From: Octopus vulgaris
Taxonomy: Eukaryota
DNA length: 64,000 nucleotides
Assembly: GCA_951406725.2 (NCBI GenBank)
Contig: CATOCA020000001.1
Location: forward strand, 11,594,001 to 11,658,000
Direction of reading: 5' to 3'
Below are positions 61,119 to 64,000 of this stretch, one piece after another (position 1 is the first letter of the stretch; every line of letters starts with the position of its first letter). The notes under the pieces were generated by a model. That model did no database searches and was not told the origin of the DNA. It saw nothing but the letters and a program-made list of their open reading frames with translations. Made by a program: the position numbers and the translations under genes.

Positions 61119-61998
61119 GTGAGTATAAAATAACAGTTGCCAATTGATTTCTATAAGTTTTACTTCCCCTGGCCATATTGTGCTTCAAAGAATAACTGAA
61201 AACAGGTTACATTCCGATTTTACGATTGAAAGATTAACTGTATAATAGTTCTATTAAAGATATCGATATTATTGAAAGTTTATGGAATAACCATTGAGGA
61301 TAGCACTGTTGGTAATAATGTTTAAATTAGAAGACACAACAGAGTTCATTCTGTCATTTGATCACGAAATTAATAATGCTGTTTAACCCTTAACTTCCAA
61401 ACTTTTATTCATACTTTTTGGCTTTGCCTGATGTCTCAGGAGTTAAAAATCATATATAGCATTTAAATTTTCTTCATATGTGATTTATTTTGGAAATTAT
61501 GATAATTGTTTCGATAAGTCCCAAATGGGGATCGCTGAGAAAAAGCATATTTATCTCTTTCTATTCAATTGCAATAATAAAGATTTTAGTTTTTCTGAAA
61601 CTAGAGTATCAAATGCGAATGTGTATGAAATATCAATGAATGATATAGAAGGGAAATGCAAGAAAAAAAAACAAAACTTTTCAAAACAGTCAATATTTTT
61701 GTAGTTCAAAAATTGCGATTTATGATATAAATGTCCTCTAGAATTAGCCAGAGTTAATAATGACAAAATTTAATTACTAAATATTGTTAAACACACCTCT
61801 ACAAATGCAATGTAAGCAAGCAATTCACTTAAAATACAACGAACAACCGGCAGTGAAACTATTTTTATCAGATCCTCAAATGGGGCTCATGGCAGGCCAT
61901 GGGTTAAGTGTAAGCAGGAGAATTAGGATTTTGTTTGTTTTTCATTCTTACTGTTTATGGATAGGCAGTTATTGTTATTGTTGTTGTTGTTTAGGCAG

Positions 61999-62030
61999 AT
62001 GTCTCTCATAATCTCGCAGAGTTACAATGA
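61999..62030 (+). CDS. Candidate terminal exon: DVSHNLAELQ-stop, followed by AATAAA at 62068 and 62190
   Basis: (ttg)n-tttaggcag acceptor, phase 1; brings the spliced CDS to 1395 nt (464 aa + stop). Confidence 0.5.
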
Positions 62031-62459
62031 AATTTGTTCCAAGTGTGAACATACTTTTCTCACTGAAAATAAATCTAGCATTAAATGCACTAAACATTGT
62101 CTTTGTCCAAGAAGAAGACTTTGGTTTCCTGCTGGGACAACCATTGTCTCACTCTCTTCAGGATAAATATTTGCTGCAAGATACAATACAATAAATGACA
62201 TCGTCCTCATCATTTATCATCTGATTTCCATCCTCCTATCAATTGGATGGATGGATGGCCACTATCCAAGTCAGTTCTTATTCAGAATTACTATCCACCG
62301 TCATTGGTTGAGGAACACATCTCACTGCAACATTCCGACTTTTCCATGGTGGTATGTCTTTCCAAACATCAACCACATTCTACGGGGTCCTGGGGACATT
62401 TTATTGTACCAAAAACCCTAGAAAGATTGTTTGGTCTTCAAGAATATTAAACTTCCATT

Positions 62460-63800
62460 TCTAACTTATGCAAGGAAATATCAGACACATTGGCAGAAGA
62501 AACGAGAGTAAACAAATTAGAGAAGAGATCCTTAAAAACCCTAATGAGGTTACTAGGAAACCATTTGCAGATACTAAATATGGTAGGGGAAAATATACTG
62601 AAAATGGACTGGACGGCCATATACAGGAGACCTACAGTGACCCAAAGCGAGATCAACCATTCCTACTCGTGGACAGTTTGAAATGACCATCGAAAGCAGT
62701 AGTCATATATTTCAGCTTGGTTGATTTCAGCAAGAGGAAAGAGCGCCCCAGAAGGTGTTTGTCTACCATATAAAGACAAAGTGTACAAGTATTGTACGCA
62801 ACTATGTTATAAGCTTTGGCTTCCGTTTAGAGTGTTGTAGCATAAAAATGAACTGTTGATGCCTGGTGCAAGGCAGAAGAGTTTAATTAACAAAAGAAGC
62901 TAAAGTAAAATTTATTGGTCAATTCAGACCAGTTTCAATCCTGACTGTAGATGACAAGATTTACATGGATTTACTTGCTAAAGGGATCAGCTACATATCT
63001 ACAAAATCATGTCTATAGGACGGGAAATGTCCAGAAGGCTGACATTCCCGGAATTCGTGGATATGTGGAACAAGCATTTTCAATCTGGGATGCATACAAG
63101 ACAGACAGGAGAGTAAAAAGGAGTTGAATGTTGTATGGTTTGATCTGGCTAATGCTTCTGGTTCTGTACCACTCGGTAGATAGCTACAATCAGTTGTTGA
63201 TGAAAGCAATGGACTTCTTTTATATACTGGAAGAAAAGATTATCTGATGAAGAGCTGCTATAACAATTTCAAAATGCAGTTCATGGCAGAAAATTTCACA
63301 ACAGAGTGGGATCGTCTTGAATTTGAAATACCTGTAGGTTGCACAATATCGGTCATTTGAGCTTGTTATGGAGAAGCTACTTAGATCAGCAGATTGATCA
63401 GAAGAAATGGCTCAAGTGAAATCACCTGAGAAGGCATTAATTGATGATATAACAATAATAACAAGAGAGTAAAATGATATACAAATCGTCCTGGATAGAC
63501 TGGATGGACTAATTACTTCGGCAAGAGTGTGGTTTAAAGCTAATAAGTTACGCAGTCTGTCAGTTGTCAAAGGTCATCAGAAGAAGTTCAAAATAGCAGG
63601 TGAAACCATGTCAAAGGTTGAAAAGAAACCTATAAAATGTTTAGGACAATGGTACACTACCTCATTGTCCAATAAGAGTAGAGGCATTGAGATCATGGCA
63701 GAAAGAGAGGGTGGGTTATAAGCAATAGATAAGTGAGGACCTCTCGGAAAATACGAGATTTGCTGCGTCCAGTTTGATCTATATCTCCGTCTTGCGTATA
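62460..63800 (+). mobile_element. Highly degenerate Hero/R2-group RT fragment
   Basis: QFRPVSIL, QKADIPG, LNVVWFDLANASGSVP, WFKANKLRSLSVVKG, PIKCLGQWY; many stops. Confidence 0.75.
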
Positions 63801-64000
63801 TATTCTTGAGCATCCGTTCTTGTGTACCATTTCAGATATCTTTTGCCGCCATAACGTGTGGATAATTAGTTATATGAAGTTAATGAGGTTTGTGCAAATG
63901 TAGACTGTAGCGTGTAAAATCTAGCATGCAATAATTTCAACACTTCTTATTAATAACTGCACTTTTTGATTCCACGTAAATTGACAACTGAATGTTCAAA

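Overview
AT-rich eukaryotic genomic DNA dense in microsatellites. The tRNA-derived SINE families resemble those I associate with octopus genomes, so a coleoid cephalopod source is inferred but not verified. The left half (1-30 kb) is almost all repeats: a mariner relic, a 5'-truncated CR1, Penelope-like pieces carrying hammerhead-ribozyme cores and palindromes, a nearly intact full-length CR1-type LINE (10.2-14.8 kb) with an unusual Myb/SANT + polyQ + 2xCCCH ORF1, a young chimeric Ty3/Gypsy element with two primer-binding sites (17.0-21.3 kb), a 274-bp satellite, and a shuffled set of local duplications built around AT-rich palindromes. The right half (31-62 kb) holds one spliced + strand gene, reconstructed by hand from 13 phase-compatible GT-AG exons (about 464 aa). 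It encodes about 9 ankyrin repeats and a RING-HC finger resembling the C-terminal half of Mind bomb. After the RING comes a tandemly duplicated array of symmetric phase-1 mini-exons, three of which encode D-[RK]-C-V-Q-T-E (LC8/dynein-light-chain-like motifs), with duplicated candidate terminal exons between them. The introns contain Hero-type, CR1 and Helitron relics, a 4.1-kb polypurine tract and inverted SINE pairs. Most long ORFs in the supplied track are microsatellite artefacts.
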